Assembly (NCBI GenBank): GCA_947087745.1
Contig: CAMUDX010000001.1
Span: forward strand, 33,808-97,807
Length of the DNA: 64,000 nt
Source of the DNA: an uncultured Clostridium sp.
GTDB taxonomy: Bacteria > Bacillota > Clostridia > TANB77 > CAG-508
Reading direction: 5' to 3'
The notes beneath the pieces are model-generated. The model made no database searches, was not told the origin of the DNA, and was given only the letters and a program-made list of their open reading frames with translations. The translations under genes and the position numbers were made by a program. Every line of letters begins with the position of its first letter. Position 1 is the first letter of the stretch. Positions 48,491 through 58,646 of the stretch are shown here, one piece after another.

Positions 48491-48567
48491 ATTATATTTT
48501 TTACAATTTTAGCTTTTTTCCCAGTGAGCGGGAATTCCCGCTCACTGCAAAATCAGTTCTTTTTTTA
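48491..48567. repeat. Hairpin repeat copy (perfect 26-bp palindrome cagtgagcgggaattcccgctcactg, 48522-48547)
   Basis: Direct repeat of the 48378-48450 unit about 113 bp away, with conserved flanks. Confidence 0.9.
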
Positions 48568-48715
48568 AAACTTATATACTTATTCCTTTTTGTATAAGAC
48601 TTTTCTTGTCTTTTCATTAAAATTATATATTTAATATTATTCTATTTTAAATTTCATGTATGACTTTGTATATTTTTAAGCTTATTTATGCAAACACTGT
48701 ATTCTTCATAAAACT

Positions 48716-50254
48716 CTAAAAATATTTCTTGTCTAGACTTCTATATTGCAATGCCTCTGCAATATGCTTATACTCAATATTAGTGCTTTTATCTAAATCA
48801 GCAATTGTTCTTGCAACTTTTAAAATTTTTGTATATGCTCTTGCACTCAATCCCAATTTTTCAAAAGCACTTTCTAAAATTTGTTTACCTTTTGTGTCTA
48901 ATTGACAATATTTTTCAATCAGACTAGAGTCTAACTCCGAATTAGAATATATATTTAAGTCTTTATATCTTTCCAGTTGTATCTCTCTTGCAGTATTCAC
49001 TCGTTCTTTTATTTCTTCTGAAGTTTCGCTTTTTATATTAATATCAAATTCTTGATATTTGACTGGCTCAACTTCAATATGAATATCTATTCTATCTAAT
49101 AATGGTCCACTTACTTTATGAAGATATCTATTAATCATGGTTTGCGTACAAGTACATTCCTTTTCAGTACTTCCATAGTATCCACAAGGACATGGATTCA
49201 TGCTTGCTATTAGCATAAATTTACTTGGATAAGTTAATGTATTTACAACTCTACTAATTGTTATATTTCCATCTTCAATTGGTCCTCTTAATACTTCTAA
49301 AGTATTTCTTTTAAATTCAGGAAGTTCATCTAAGAATAGTACTCCATAATGAGCCAAACTTATCTCTCCTGGTTTTGGTGTTCTTCCTCCTCCAATCATT
49401 GATGCACTTGATGATGTATGATGTGGACTTCTAAATGGTCTTGTTGTAATTATTGAAGAATCGCTTCCTATTTTTCCTGCTATGCTATGAATTTTAGTTA
49501 TCTCTAGTGCTTCATCAAAAGTCAAATTTGGTAGTATAGTTGGCAATCTTTTTGCAAGCATAGTTTTTCCTGAGCCAGGGCTACCTATTAATAGACAGTT
49601 ATGTGCTCCAGCAGCAGTAATTTCTAAGGCTCTTTTTATATTTTCTTGTCCTTTCACCTCAGAAAAATCCACATTATATTTTTTATTATAATTAAATATT
49701 TTCTGCATATCAGCTTCAACTTTATCTATATTTAGTCTTCCATTTAGATAGCCAATAACTTCATCTAAGTTTCTAACTGGAATAACATCTAAATCTTGAA
49801 CTATCGCTGCTTCATAACTATTTTCTTTTGGAACAATTACTCTTTTTATCCCTAAGTTCATTGCTTCTATACACATTGGTAAAATCCCATTGATTCTATT
49901 AACTTGTCCACTTAGAGAAAGTTCCCCTATAAATACTGTACTGCTTAAAGATTTTTGAATATCATTTGTAATAATTCCCATATTAATAAGTAAACCTACT
50001 GCCATGGGCAAATCAAAATTACTTCCCTCCTTTTTTATATTAGCTGGTGCTAAATTTATTAATATTCTTTTACTTGGAAATTCTATTTTAGAATTTTTAA
50101 TAGCTATTCTTATTCTTTCTTTTGCTTCTTTTACTGTAGCATCTGGAAGTCCTACTATCTCAAAGGATGGTAGACCTTTCCCTATATCAGTTTGAATTTC
50201 GACTAGATATCCATCTAATCCATTTAATGCGATTGATTTTATTTGTGATAACAT
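48716..50254 (-). CDS. YifB/ComM family Mg-chelatase-like AAA+ ATPase
   Basis: Lon-like N-terminal domain, Walker A GSPGSGKT, C-terminal helix-turn-helix. Confidence 0.9.
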   Translation of the reverse strand: MLSQIKSIALNGLDGYLVEIQTDIGKGLPSFEIVGLPDATVKEAKERIRIAIKNSKIEFPSKRILINLAPANIKKEGSNFDLPMAVGLLINMGIITNDIQKSLSSTVFIGELSLSGQVNRINGILPMCIEAMNLGIKRVIVPKENSYEAAIVQDLDVIPVRNLDEVIGYLNGRLNIDKVEADMQKIFNYNKKYNVDFSEVKGQENIKRALEITAAGAHNCLLIGSPGSGKTMLAKRLPTILPNLTFDEALEITKIHSIAGKIGSDSSIITTRPFRSPHHTSSSASMIGGGRTPKPGEISLAHYGVLFLDELPEFKRNTLEVLRGPIEDGNITISRVVNTLTYPSKFMLIASMNPCPCGYYGSTEKECTCTQTMINRYLHKVSGPLLDRIDIHIEVEPVKYQEFDINIKSETSEEIKERVNTAREIQLERYKDLNIYSNSELDSSLIEKYCQLDTKGKQILESAFEKLGLSARAYTKILKVARTIADLDKSTNIEYKHIAEALQYRSLDKKYF

Positions 50255-50328
50255 TTTTACTCCTTTCTTTAATTTATTATTGATTTTTTTATTTTGTTAC
50301 TATAAAATATATTAAAATATTAATAGAA

Positions 50329-52284
50329 ATGGTTGATAATATGAAAAAGAATGATAAAAATTATGTAAAACGTAATAAGAAAAACAACAGAAAAAATACG
50401 AGTAAACAAAATAATAGAAAAACAAATGCAAAAAGTACTAGCAAAGTTATAAGATTTAAAAATAACTTAAATGTATCAAATGAAATATCTAGTAAAAAAA
50501 TACAAATTATTTTCGCATTTATACTTATATTATTTTCTTTATTAATTATACGTATTTGGTGGTTACAATTTGCAGATGGAAATGAATTACAACGTTTAGC
50601 TGCCAAACAGCAAACTTATATAGACACAATATCTGCTAAAAGGGGTTCTATATATGATTCTAATGGTGTAATACTAGCAACAAGTTATGCAGCTGACAAT
50701 GTAATTGTACTTCCTGAGGAGCTTTCTGAAGAAAAGAGACCATTAGTAGCAGCAGGATTATCTTCTATATTAGAGTTAAATTATGAAGAAATTCTTGCAA
50801 CTTTGAACACCTCAACATCAAAAGTAACAATTGCTAAAAATATTACACATGAAAAAATAGAACAAATTAAAAGTTGGGTTAAAGAAAATAAATTATCAAC
50901 CGCAGTATATACTGAAGAAACTATTGCAAGATATTATCCATACTCTTCATTAGCATCAAATGTTATTGGTTTTTGTGGAACTGATAGCCAAGGTTTAAGT
51001 GGAATAGAATATAGTTGGGATTCCGTTTTAGCTGGAACATCAGGTAAATCAATTAGTCTAAAAGACACATCAAAATCTCAAATTCCAAATACTGAAGAAA
51101 CATATATTCCAGCAGAAAATGGATATAATCTTACATTAACAATTGATGTAAATATTCAAAATATAGTAGAAAAATATTTAAAACAAGCTGTTATAGATAA
51201 TGATTGTAGTAGAGGTGGAATTGCAATAGTAATGGATCCTTCAACAGGAGATATATTAGCAATGGCTTCATATCCTGATTATAACTTAAACTCACCTTTT
51301 ACCCCTAACGAATACCTTTTAGAAGGCTGGGAGGCATTATCATCTACTGAGAAATCAAACGCTTTACAAAGAATGTGGAATAATGAATGTATAACTGATA
51401 CATATGAGCCTGGGTCTGTATTTAAAACTATTACTTCTGCAATAGCTTTAGAAGAAAATCTTATTGAAGTTGATACACCTAGTACATTATCATGTGATGG
51501 AATTGAAGAAGTTGCAGATAGAGAAATTAAATGTTGGAGAGCAGTACCACATTATTCACAAAGTTTGCGAGATGCTTTTAATAATTCATGTAATCCAGCT
51601 TTTATACAATTAGGTAGCCGTATTGGTGCACAAACATCATATAAATATTATGAAGCATTTGGATTTTTCAATAAAACTGAAATCTCATTGCCTGGAGAGT
51701 CTACTGGAATATTCTTTGGTTTAAAAAATGTTGGACCTGTTCAATTAGCAACTATGTCATTTGGGCAACGTTTTACAATTACCCCTTTACAAATGATAAA
51801 TTCGATTTCTGCAATTGTAAATGATGGCGTTCTAATGAAACCAAGAATAGTAAAGTCTATTACTAATACTGATAATGGAGATGTTACTGAAATTTCTACT
51901 ACAGAAGTACGTCAAGTTGTCTCAAAAGAAACTTCTCAAACTATAATTTCAATGATGCAATCTGAAGTTGATATTGGTACTGGAAAAAAAGCCCGTGTTA
52001 AGGGATATAATGTTGGTGGTAAAACAGGTACTTCTGAGCCTGCACCTGGACATGAAGATGAAGGTTATGTTGCCTCATTTATTGGAATTGCTCCAGTTGA
52101 AGATGTTAAAATGGTAGCCTTAGTTGCTTTATATGACCCTAGAGGAGATTCTCATCAAGGTGGACAAATTGCTACACCTGTAGTCGCTAATATATTTGCA
52201 GAAGCATTACCTTATCTTGGTATTCCAGCTAATGCTGAAGGATCTACTCATCAAAATAATACATCTGATAATAACCTTTACTAA
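50329..52284 (+). CDS. Class B penicillin-binding protein (PBP2/FtsI/SpoVD-like transpeptidase)
   Basis: TM anchor, dimerisation domain, and SVFK (SxxK), SCN (SxN) and KTGT motifs. Confidence 0.9.
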   Translation: MVDNMKKNDKNYVKRNKKNNRKNTSKQNNRKTNAKSTSKVIRFKNNLNVSNEISSKKIQIIFAFILILFSLLIIRIWWLQFADGNELQRLAAKQQTYIDTISAKRGSIYDSNGVILATSYAADNVIVLPEELSEEKRPLVAAGLSSILELNYEEILATLNTSTSKVTIAKNITHEKIEQIKSWVKENKLSTAVYTEETIARYYPYSSLASNVIGFCGTDSQGLSGIEYSWDSVLAGTSGKSISLKDTSKSQIPNTEETYIPAENGYNLTLTIDVNIQNIVEKYLKQAVIDNDCSRGGIAIVMDPSTGDILAMASYPDYNLNSPFTPNEYLLEGWEALSSTEKSNALQRMWNNECITDTYEPGSVFKTITSAIALEENLIEVDTPSTLSCDGIEEVADREIKCWRAVPHYSQSLRDAFNNSCNPAFIQLGSRIGAQTSYKYYEAFGFFNKTEISLPGESTGIFFGLKNVGPVQLATMSFGQRFTITPLQMINSISAIVNDGVLMKPRIVKSITNTDNGDVTEISTTEVRQVVSKETSQTIISMMQSEVDIGTGKKARVKGYNVGGKTGTSEPAPGHEDEGYVASFIGIAPVEDVKMVALVALYDPRGDSHQGGQIATPVVANIFAEALPYLGIPANAEGSTHQNNTSDNNLY

Positions 52285-52403
52285 TTTTAGATAAATTTAT
52301 ATGAAATAAATACAAATAAATTTTCTTGATATAATTTAATTGATTTAATATAATTTGTATAATGAATGAAATATAATTAAAATTTATAGTAATATATAAT
52401 GAT

Positions 52404-52429
52404 ACCTGAAAGTAAAATAACTTTCAGGT
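52404..52429. terminator. Hairpin between the convergent PBP and TSCPD genes
   Basis: acctgaaag / ctttcaggt 9-bp stem. T-tracts are interrupted on both strands. Confidence 0.4.
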
Positions 52430-52517
52430 GTCTTATGCTTTTAATATTAGAGTCTTATATTTTTAGTATTTAATAACTTATTTATTTTATTGATTTGTTT
52501 TTTTTTTTAATTTATAC

Positions 52518-52772
52518 CTATGCTAATTTCTTTTTATATTCTTCTAGTGCCTTAGATACTTGGTCTGGACATGAAGTTCTTTTGGAACCACAAGGAATTC
52601 CTTTTAACATCTGAATTACTTGGTCTATAGTTTTGCCTTCAACTAATCTTGATACTCCTACTGTATTACCTGGACATCCTCCTACTATTGTTAAACTTTT
52701 AATTGTATTGTTTTCTATATCAAATATCATTTTCATTGAACAAACTCCTTGTGGTGTATATTCAAATTTCAT
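52518..52772 (-). CDS. TSCPD-domain protein (TIGR03905-like)
   Basis: 84 aa. The GGCPGN and CG.K.TSCPDQ motifs are characteristic. Confidence 0.8.
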   Translation of the reverse strand: MKFEYTPQGVCSMKMIFDIENNTIKSLTIVGGCPGNTVGVSRLVEGKTIDQVIQMLKGIPCGSKRTSCPDQVSKALEEYKKKLA

Positions 52773-52835
52773 ATTTTTTCTCCTTTCCTAATATTGTATT
52801 TTAAATTTATGTTTTGTTTATATTTATTATGTATT

Positions 52836-53396
52836 TTAGCGATGTATTTTATCTGTATATATAACAGAAGTCAATAATATCTCTTCATTATTTAGTTTGA
52901 AACATTCATTAAATTTATTAAGATTATTTGTATCATTACTATATTCCCTTATATAGTCCTGTAAATCTAGGAAATGTAATTCTGTACCATATTGTAAAAT
53001 TTCAGAATTATTATTCTGTATATTTAGAAATACACTCTTTTTATGGTCTTCTTCTAGTTTTAATTCTTCTATCGATACTTTCTTTGTTATATTTGACATT
53101 TCTACATTTGACTTATTTTTAAATTCTTCTTCATATATTAGAGTCCAATAACAAAAAATAGCTTCTTTTATTCTATCATATCTTATTACTTTTGTATAAA
53201 CCTTAGTATCTCCTATGTTCCCATCCTTTTCTATTGTTGCATTAAGTTTTGCCATACCAAACTTGTAGTCTGATACATCATCTATATTTATAATCTTTTC
53301 AAATTTTAATTCTTTTACATCTAACTTCAGAATTTTACTAAATAGCTCTTTTGCTAATTTATTATTTTCTCCTTTTTGTAATACATTTTCTAACAT
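52836..53396 (-). CDS. Divergent Rpn/PD-(D/E)XK_2-like protein, probably lacking catalytic residues
   Basis: By-eye collinearity with Rpn-family nuclease/transposase-like proteins (LFSKILKLDVKEL; AKLNATIEKDGN...YTKVI; IFCYWTLIYEEE; ELHFLDL). The usual D and E.Q positions read N and K.I. Confidence 0.4.
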   Translation of the reverse strand: MLENVLQKGENNKLAKELFSKILKLDVKELKFEKIINIDDVSDYKFGMAKLNATIEKDGNIGDTKVYTKVIRYDRIKEAIFCYWTLIYEEEFKNKSNVEMSNITKKVSIEELKLEEDHKKSVFLNIQNNNSEILQYGTELHFLDLQDYIREYSNDTNNLNKFNECFKLNNEEILLTSVIYTDKIHR

Positions 53397-53712
53397 ATTA
53401 TCTTTATTATTTAATATTTTTATTGTGAGTTCCTCCTTTATTATTCTTTTTTGTTTTTTGGGTTTTATATAAGATTGTTTGCTATTGAGTGTTATAAATT
53501 CGAAATAATGTAATATTGAAAAATTGAATAAAATAATTAATATTTTTTATAATTTTAATAAATAAAGTATACTTTATTTTATATTTTATGTCAATGTTTT
53601 TATTTCAATTTTACATAATTTCTTGTCGACTCTATTCGACATAGATAACTTTTGAAATTCAATATACTATATATTTTTATTGTATATGAAAATTACTTAC
53701 TTAGCAATAATT

Positions 53713-55500
53713 TTAAATATTTTTAATTTGATTTACTATATCTTCAGTAATCCCTTTTACTTTCATTAATTCTTCTTTTGAAGCATTTTGTATATTTTCA
53801 AAACTTCCAAAAGTCTTTAATAACATCCTTTTTCTTGTTTCACCAATCCCCTTTATGTCATCTAATTGTGACTTTTTCATACTACTATTACGTAACTTTC
53901 TGTGATATGAAATTGCTGTATCATGTACCATATCTTGAAAGTTAGTTATTAATTTCATTAGTTCGTCTGATATTGTAAGTTCTTCTCTATTTTCATCCAT
54001 TAAAGCTCTTGTTTGATGCTTGTCGTTTTTTACCATTCCAAATACAGGAATATCTAGTTTATATACTTCCACAGCTCTTTTTATTGCTTTTATTTGAGTA
54101 ATTCCCCCATCTGCAAATATCACATCTGGTAATTTTCCAAACCCTCCATCTTTATTGTCTATTGAATGTTTTAGCCTTCTTGTAACAACTTCTTCCATGC
54201 ATGCAACGTCATCTTGACCAACTACATTTTTTATTTTAAATCTTCTTGATAGATTCTTTTTAAGTATGCCATCTTGCATAACACACATTCCTGCAACTAC
54301 ATATTCTCCGCTAATATTTGATATGTCATAAGTTTCAATCTTTCTAGGTAACTCATCTAGATTTAATACTTCTTTTAGTTCAAATAGTATTTTACTTTTA
54401 TCTTTTTCTTTATTTTCTAATGTTACTTTACTATTCATTTCTGCCATTTCAACAAACCTTAATTTTTCGCCCTTTTTTGGACTTATTAATTCAACTCTTC
54501 TGTTTTTGCCTAATTTTTCTCCTAGCCATTGTTCTAATACCTCTTTATCTTCTAACTCTTCTCTTAACATTATTTTGTTAGGTACATTTTCGTTTTCTAA
54601 ATAATATTGTTTGATAAACCCACTTAATATTTCCTTGTCATCCATATCTTTTAGTTCGCTAAAGAAATAATGTTCCCTTCCTATCATTTTGCTACCTCTT
54701 ACAAAGAATATTTCTATGCATACTTCTATATCTGATTTGTACATTCCAATTACATCTATGTTATTTACAGATACATTTGAAACCTTTTGTTTTTCTGATA
54801 TTCTCTCTATTGCTATCTTTTTATCTCTTAGATAAGCTGCTTGCTCAAAGTCTAGTTTTTCTGATGCTTCTTTCATTTGTTTATCTATTTCTTTTATAAC
54901 CTTGTCTTTTTTGCCATCTAAAAAGTCTATTATTTCATCTATTTGTTTTCTATATTCTTCTTTTGTAACATATCCCATACATGGCGCTAGACATCTTTTT
55001 ATATGATAGTTTAGACATGGTCTATCTGTATATTTGAATTTTTTACATTGTTTTATTTTATATTTTTGTCTTATAAAATCTACTAATTCTTTTGCAGCTC
55101 CTGGATTTGCATATGGTCCAAAATATTTTGATCCATCATTTATTAGTTTTCTTGTTATTGTTATTCCTGGATAATCTGATTTTATATCTATTTTTATATA
55201 TGGATATGTTTTATCATCTTTTAATAATACATTGAACTTTGGTCTGTTTTTCTTGATTAAATTACATTCTAATATTAGTGCTTCTGCTTCATTATCTACT
55301 ACTATATATTCAAAATGGTCTATTAAGCTTACCATATTTATTATTCTTTGTGTTTTATTGGTTTTTCTAAAATATGATCTTACTCTGTTTTTTAATGAGA
55401 TTGCTTTTCCTACATATATTATGTTGTCATCTTTGTCCCTCATTATATATACACCTGGCTTATCTGGTAGCTTTTGTAATTCATCTTCAATTATAAACAT
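53713..55500 (-). CDS. uvrC: Excinuclease ABC subunit C
   Basis: GIY-YIG domain (GVYIMRDKDDNIIYVGKA), UVR domain, endonuclease V-like domain and C-terminal (HhH)2. Confidence 0.93.
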   Translation of the reverse strand: MFIIEDELQKLPDKPGVYIMRDKDDNIIYVGKAISLKNRVRSYFRKTNKTQRIINMVSLIDHFEYIVVDNEAEALILECNLIKKNRPKFNVLLKDDKTYPYIKIDIKSDYPGITITRKLINDGSKYFGPYANPGAAKELVDFIRQKYKIKQCKKFKYTDRPCLNYHIKRCLAPCMGYVTKEEYRKQIDEIIDFLDGKKDKVIKEIDKQMKEASEKLDFEQAAYLRDKKIAIERISEKQKVSNVSVNNIDVIGMYKSDIEVCIEIFFVRGSKMIGREHYFFSELKDMDDKEILSGFIKQYYLENENVPNKIMLREELEDKEVLEQWLGEKLGKNRRVELISPKKGEKLRFVEMAEMNSKVTLENKEKDKSKILFELKEVLNLDELPRKIETYDISNISGEYVVAGMCVMQDGILKKNLSRRFKIKNVVGQDDVACMEEVVTRRLKHSIDNKDGGFGKLPDVIFADGGITQIKAIKRAVEVYKLDIPVFGMVKNDKHQTRALMDENREELTISDELMKLITNFQDMVHDTAISYHRKLRNSSMKKSQLDDIKGIGETRKRMLLKTFGSFENIQNASKEELMKVKGITEDIVNQIKNI

Positions 55501-55576
55501 TATCCCCCTCCTTTTGCTTTATTGATATTATCACACTAATCAATTTTTTTCAATATATAATATTTTTCAAAAGGAC

Positions 55577-55603
55577 TTGCTACTTTTATTGATTTGTTAT
55601 AAT
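55577..55603 (+). promoter_or_regulatory. Possible glmS promoter with extended -10 (TGTTATAAT)
   Basis: ttgcta at 55577-55582 and tgttataat at 55595-55603. The spacer is only 15 nt, so the call rests on the extended -10. Confidence 0.35.
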
Positions 55604-55668
55604 ATAATATAGAAATTAAAAGATTGTCAAAATTTTCATTTTTTTAAAATATATGTGTAAATGTATAT

Positions 55669-55875
55669 TAGCGCCAGGACCTTTATTTTAAGGTTGACGA
55701 GGTCTAGAGTTATCGATTTTTCGGCGGATGCTCTAGTGGCTTACTTAAAGTCATTAATATTAGATAAATAACCGGAATTAAGAATTTGTAAGCAGTATAA
55801 GCTGCTACAAATTCTAACTTCCGCCATAATTATCTTTAAGGAAACTAAACGCTTCGCGATTACTTTCCTAAGAAT
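55669..55875 (+). ncRNA. glmS ribozyme (GlcN6P-dependent)
   Basis: AGCGCCAGGAC..TTGACGAGG..GAGTTATCGATTTTTCGGCGGATGCTC matches the conserved core. The predicted cleavage site is just 5' of G55671. Lies in the glmS leader. The 3' end is approximate. Confidence 0.85.
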
Positions 55876-55969
55876 ATAAAAAATAATAGTAATATTATAA
55901 CAAAGTTTAATATATTAAGTTTTTGCATCTTTTAATTCCATTATATTTTAATTTTAAGGAGGTTTTACT

Positions 55970-57802
55970 ATGTGTGGAATTGTAGGTTACATAGGAACTA
56001 AAAAAGCTGCCCCAATATTAATTGATGGGCTATTAAAGTTGGAATACAGAGGTTATGACTCTGCTGGTATTTCAACAATCGAAAAAAATTGTTTATCTTT
56101 ACTTAAAGATAAAGGAAGAGTCAAAAATATATTAAACTTGAGTAATTTTGATACTTTAAGTGGTACTATTGGTATTGCTCATACAAGATGGGCTACTCAC
56201 GGTAAACCATCACAAGAAAATTCTCATCCTCATTTTGATAATTCTTCTACTTTTTCTGTTGTTCACAATGGAATTATAGAAAATTATAATGAATTAAAAA
56301 ATTTTCTTATAGATAATGGTTATTCTTTTGTATCTCAAACAGATACAGAAGTTATCCCAAATTTAATACATTATTATTATTCAAGTACTGCAAATAAAGA
56401 CTTTTTACAATCAGTAAAAATGGCTTGTAGTGATTTACATGGAAGTTTTGCTATTGAAGTTATTTGCAAGGATTTTCCTGATAACATTATAGTTGCTAAA
56501 AAAGATAGTCCTTTAGTTATTGGAAAAGGAGAAAATGAAAACTATATTGCATCAGATATCCCAGCAGTTTTAAAATATACAAAGAATTTCTATTTCTTAC
56601 AAGATAATGAATTTGCTTTACTTACAAAAGATTCTATTACATTCTTTAACAACAACTTAAATAAAATATCTAAAGATATAAAAGTTATTGATTGGGATGA
56701 AAATAGTGCAGATAAAAATGGTTATGAAGATTATATGTTAAAAGAAATTTATGAGCAACCTGATAGTATTAGAAAAACTATCAATTCAAGATTATTAGAA
56801 AATGGTACTTTTGATTTTAATGATTTAGATATTTCTAAAAGTTATCTAAATTCTGTAAATAAAATATATATAGTTGCCTGTGGTACAGCTATGCATGCTG
56901 GACTTTCTGTAAAAAATACTATTGAAAAATTATGTAAGATTAATACAGAAGTTGATATTGCTTCTGAATTTAGATATAGAAGTCCTTTAATTGATAAAAA
57001 TACTTTATGTATTTTTGTTTCACAATCAGGTGAAACAGCTGATACGCTTGCTGCTCTTAAATTATGTAAAGAACATTCAGCAAAAACAATTGCTATAACT
57101 AATGTTTTAGGTAGTTCTATTACTCGTGAAGCAGATTGTTCTATTTTAACATATGCAGGTCCTGAAATTGCAGTTGCTTCTACTAAAGCATATACTGCTC
57201 AAGTTACATTACTTTCTATGCTTGCTAGCTATTTTGCAGATGTTCTAAATAGATGTAATAAAGATACAATAACTGCTTTAAGACATGATATTGTTTCATT
57301 ACCAGCAAAAATTGAGCAAACTTTAAATTGTTGTAATTTAATTAAAGATTTTGCTTTAAGAGTTTATAATGAACGAGATATATTTTTCTTAGGTAGAGGT
57401 ATCGATTATTCTATTGCATTAGAGGGGTCTTTAAAATTAAAAGAAATTTCTTATATTCATTCAGATGCATATGCTGCTGGTGAATTAAAACATGGTCCTA
57501 TTGCTTTAATTGAAGATAATACTACTGTTATTAATATTTTGACTGATAGTAATCTTGTTAAAAAATCTATTAGTAACACTCAAGAAGTTATTACTCGTGG
57601 TGCTAAAACACTTATTGTTACTAATCAGTCTTTACCTGACAATGTATTTGATACAGTTATTACTATACCAGAAATTAGTAAATATATTTCTCCAGTTTTA
57701 GCTATCGTTCCTTTGCAATTACTAGCTTACTTTATTTCTAAAGAAAAAGGATTAGATGTAGATAAACCTAGAAATCTTGCTAAGTCAGTTACTGTAGAAT
57801 AA
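55970..57802 (+). CDS. glmS: Glutamine--fructose-6-phosphate aminotransferase
   Basis: MCGIVGY N-terminal nucleophile and two SIS domains. 610 aa. Confidence 0.95.
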   Translation: MCGIVGYIGTKKAAPILIDGLLKLEYRGYDSAGISTIEKNCLSLLKDKGRVKNILNLSNFDTLSGTIGIAHTRWATHGKPSQENSHPHFDNSSTFSVVHNGIIENYNELKNFLIDNGYSFVSQTDTEVIPNLIHYYYSSTANKDFLQSVKMACSDLHGSFAIEVICKDFPDNIIVAKKDSPLVIGKGENENYIASDIPAVLKYTKNFYFLQDNEFALLTKDSITFFNNNLNKISKDIKVIDWDENSADKNGYEDYMLKEIYEQPDSIRKTINSRLLENGTFDFNDLDISKSYLNSVNKIYIVACGTAMHAGLSVKNTIEKLCKINTEVDIASEFRYRSPLIDKNTLCIFVSQSGETADTLAALKLCKEHSAKTIAITNVLGSSITREADCSILTYAGPEIAVASTKAYTAQVTLLSMLASYFADVLNRCNKDTITALRHDIVSLPAKIEQTLNCCNLIKDFALRVYNERDIFFLGRGIDYSIALEGSLKLKEISYIHSDAYAAGELKHGPIALIEDNTTVINILTDSNLVKKSISNTQEVITRGAKTLIVTNQSLPDNVFDTVITIPEISKYISPVLAIVPLQLLAYFISKEKGLDVDKPRNLAKSVTVE

Positions 57803-57825
57803 TATATGAATGATAAATAAAAATA

Positions 57826-57860
57826 AAAGCTTTAGTAATTAATACTAAGGCTTTATATTT
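57826..57860 (+). terminator. glmS terminator
   Basis: aaagctttagta / tactaaggcttt 12-bp stem with one G-U pair, then atatttt. Overlaps the stop of the convergent membrane-protein gene. Confidence 0.55.
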
Positions 57861-58615
57861 TCTGTAATTAATAATGGCTCGCATTGAAGCTTTTTAGATT
57901 TTCTTATTATTGGCAATATTATATAAAATGGTAAAGTCATTTGTCCTAAAGTCATTACAAGTGGATAAAATTTTCCTGTAAGCTTATATATTATTGTAAT
58001 AGGATTTCCTGGAAAATCTTGTGAAATAAACATTAGATTGCTTCCAAAGATAGAATTTATAATGTATGAGATTATGCATATTACTAAAATAAAACTTCCA
58101 AAATATAAAATATCTTTATTTTTTATCTCTACATAATTATATTTATTTACTATAATTCCTAGATATATCATTATTCCATGGAATAAAAAACTTTGTAAAC
58201 TTATAAAGTGGAATATGGGATATGTTGTTATTGAAGTTGTTGGTAATATTAAAAATACAATTCCACCTACTATTCCTCCTGTTGCTATAAATACATCTCC
58301 CACTCTTTGTAATTTTCCTTTACCTATTGAACTAAATATTCCTGCATATAATAAGATACTACAATAATATAATGGTATATATGTATTTATATTGTCCTTG
58401 TTTCCTATCAATAAATTAAATATTATTTTTATAATTTCTAATATCCAAATTACAATTGTTGCCTTTTCTATTATATTTTTAATGTCTTCTTTTTTTTCTA
58501 TTTTAATCTTCTTTACAGATAAAGCAATTCCTAAAATAGTTGTACAAAACAATATTATGTGTTCGATTCCGAATAATCCACATGCTTTAAATTTTCCTGG
58601 TCTTGCTAAAAACAT
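57845..58615 (-). CDS. Integral membrane protein (YwaF/TIGR02206-like)
   Basis: 256 aa with about 7 TM helices. The family assignment is by general resemblance only. Confidence 0.45.
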   Translation of the reverse strand: MFLARPGKFKACGLFGIEHIILFCTTILGIALSVKKIKIEKKEDIKNIIEKATIVIWILEIIKIIFNLLIGNKDNINTYIPLYYCSILLYAGIFSSIGKGKLQRVGDVFIATGGIVGGIVFLILPTTSITTYPIFHFISLQSFLFHGIMIYLGIIVNKYNYVEIKNKDILYFGSFILVICIISYIINSIFGSNLMFISQDFPGNPITIIYKLTGKFYPLVMTLGQMTLPFYIILPIIRKSKKLQCEPLLITENIKP

Positions 58616-58646
58616 TTTTTATTCACTTCCTATCTATTCTATAATT

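Noticed and set aside
48378-48567. Possible small CRISPR array (direct repeats with a palindromic core)
   Set aside because: There are only two units and the conserved flanks extend well beyond a CRISPR-repeat length. The intervening sequence is AT-rich filler, no cas genes are present, and a third copy occurs alone at 2.2 kb.
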